Shown piece after piece: positions 33,765 through 34,813 of a stretch of DNA of 34,813 nucleotides. The stretch is taken from IMG/VR virus record IMGVR_UViG_3300020381_000736, positions 1-34,813 of that record. One strand, written 5' to 3'. How positions within the stretch are numbered: the stretch's first letter is position 1; each line of letters opens with the position of its first letter. This DNA is from a virus (Duplodnaviria > Caudoviricetes). A model generated the notes under the pieces. That model was given only the letters and a program-made list of their open reading frames with translations. It had not been told where the DNA came from and did not search any database. A program made the position numbers and the translations under genes.

Positions 33765-34813
33765 TTAAATTTCTAGACCTTCGATGTTACGTTGCGTTTT
33801 CTTACCTGTTCTGTTATTTTGCTCTTGTAAGTTTACAAGTTTAGCCAATAATTCATTTGTTGTTGGGCCTTCTTCTATTATATTTCCGTCTGCATCTGTT
33901 TGTCCAGTTGTATTGTTATTGGTAATAGTTTTACCATTTACAGTTTGTGTAAAGCCTCCAGGTGCGTCTCCATATTTGGCTTGATTTTCTTTCATTCTTT
34001 CTTCCAACATAGCCTGCATTCTTTCTGACATACCAGTTTGAGGTACTGCATCAGCATTTACTTGTGTTGGAGTTATACCTGGACCAAATGCATTTATTTG
34101 TGGGCCACCTGCACCTGCTGTGGGTACTGCTGGACTTGGTCCTGCTATTGCTGGTGTTGTTGTTCCTGCAGGCATAAACATTTTTAATGCACCTAATTTT
34201 AAGAATGATCCAAAGTCAAATGCGTTTAATGAATTAGTCAGAACATTTAATCCGTCTGCAATCATTATAAATTGTGAACCTATTGCATTACCATCAATGC
34301 CGTCTAATGCCTCTTCAAATGTTGCCAGTGTGTCGCCCATGTTACGCATCTCTTCTGCCATAACAGTAATGTATTTTGCGGAATTGGCTATTTTGGCAAT
34401 CTTGTCAAATGGTGAGTCGCCACCAAAAAGACCGCCTAGACCATCCAGTAATCCACTTACTAATCCACCTGCACTTAGAGCCATCATGCCTGCACTTAAA
34501 CTTAGTAGTGCCGGTCCTGCCAACAATAAGTTTGCAAAATTAACATCACTTAATCCTTGTATGCTTTCAGTAAATGTAGGCATTGCCATTGCGGCTATGT
34601 TAAGTGCTATGCCAAATGGTATTAATGCAAGTCCCAATGCTCCTATGGCTACTGCACCTGCTAATATAAATGGTAGTGCCAATCCTAATCCTGCCGCGGC
34701 TACACCAACTGTAATTAATCCTGCGGCTAGTACTCCAATAGTTCCTATGCCAACGTCTTTCATCATGTTGAGTGCAAATGCCATTGGGATAATAGATGCG
34801 CCTAATATGGCTA
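33765..34813 (-). CDS. C-terminal part of a tape-measure-like protein (5' end outside window)
   Basis: The frame stays open upstream of 34784 to the window edge (…AILGASIIPMAFAL). Ala/Gly/Leu-rich hydrophobic helical repeats; C-terminal LLAKLVNLQEQNNR is typical of tape measure ends. Confidence 0.65.
   Translation of the reverse strand, partial: AILGASIIPMAFALNMMKDVGIGTIGVLAAGLITVGVAAAGLGLALPFILAGAVAIGALGLALIPFGIALNIAAMAMPTFTESIQGLSDVNFANLLLAGPALLSLSAGMMALSAGGLVSGLLDGLGGLFGGDSPFDKIAKIANSAKYITVMAEEMRNMGDTLATFEEALDGIDGNAIGSQFIMIADGLNVLTNSLNAFDFGSFLKLGALKMFMPAGTTTPAIAGPSPAVPTAGAGGPQINAFGPGITPTQVNADAVPQTGMSERMQAMLEERMKENQAKYGDAPGGFTQTVNGKTITNNNTTGQTDADGNIIEEGPTTNELLAKLVNLQEQNNRTGKKTQRNIEGLEI

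Noticed and set aside
1-34813. Stop-codon reassignment, as seen in some large phages
   Set aside because: Standard code gives full-length genes at high coding density; TAA, TAG and TGA all terminate genes; neither tRNA is a suppressor.

Overview
AT-rich segment of a large T4-like (myovirus-type) bacteriophage genome, probably aquatic. The right half is virion morphogenesis on the minus strand: tape-measure-like C-terminus, portal, acidic core protein, prohead protease, scaffold, major capsid protein and two long repeat-rich tail fibre/spike genes. The left part has neck/tail-completion genes (gp13-, gp14-, gp15-like) split by an accessory block: a conserved early gene, FabZ, a B12-type radical SAM enzyme, ferredoxin-NADP reductase, tRNA-Ala and tRNA-Ser. 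It also has three tandem paralogous Fe(II)-dioxygenase-like genes and a Nudix hydrolase. The most striking locus is 11429-18342, an apparently intact cassette behind late-promoter motifs: two paralogous small membrane proteins, csgF, csgG, a curlin-like protein, a FecR-domain protein, a second curlin-like protein and a CHASE2 adenylate cyclase. It looks like a phage-encoded trans-envelope sensing/cAMP system built on a curli pore. The two curlins and the FecR protein share a C-terminal Cys-pair plus [IV]xIxQ signature. A T4-type late promoter motif (NATAA[A/G]TA) precedes most transcription units and sits exactly 5 nt before the start codon in seven genes, implying leaderless late mRNAs. All calls come from reading motifs by eye; no database search was run.
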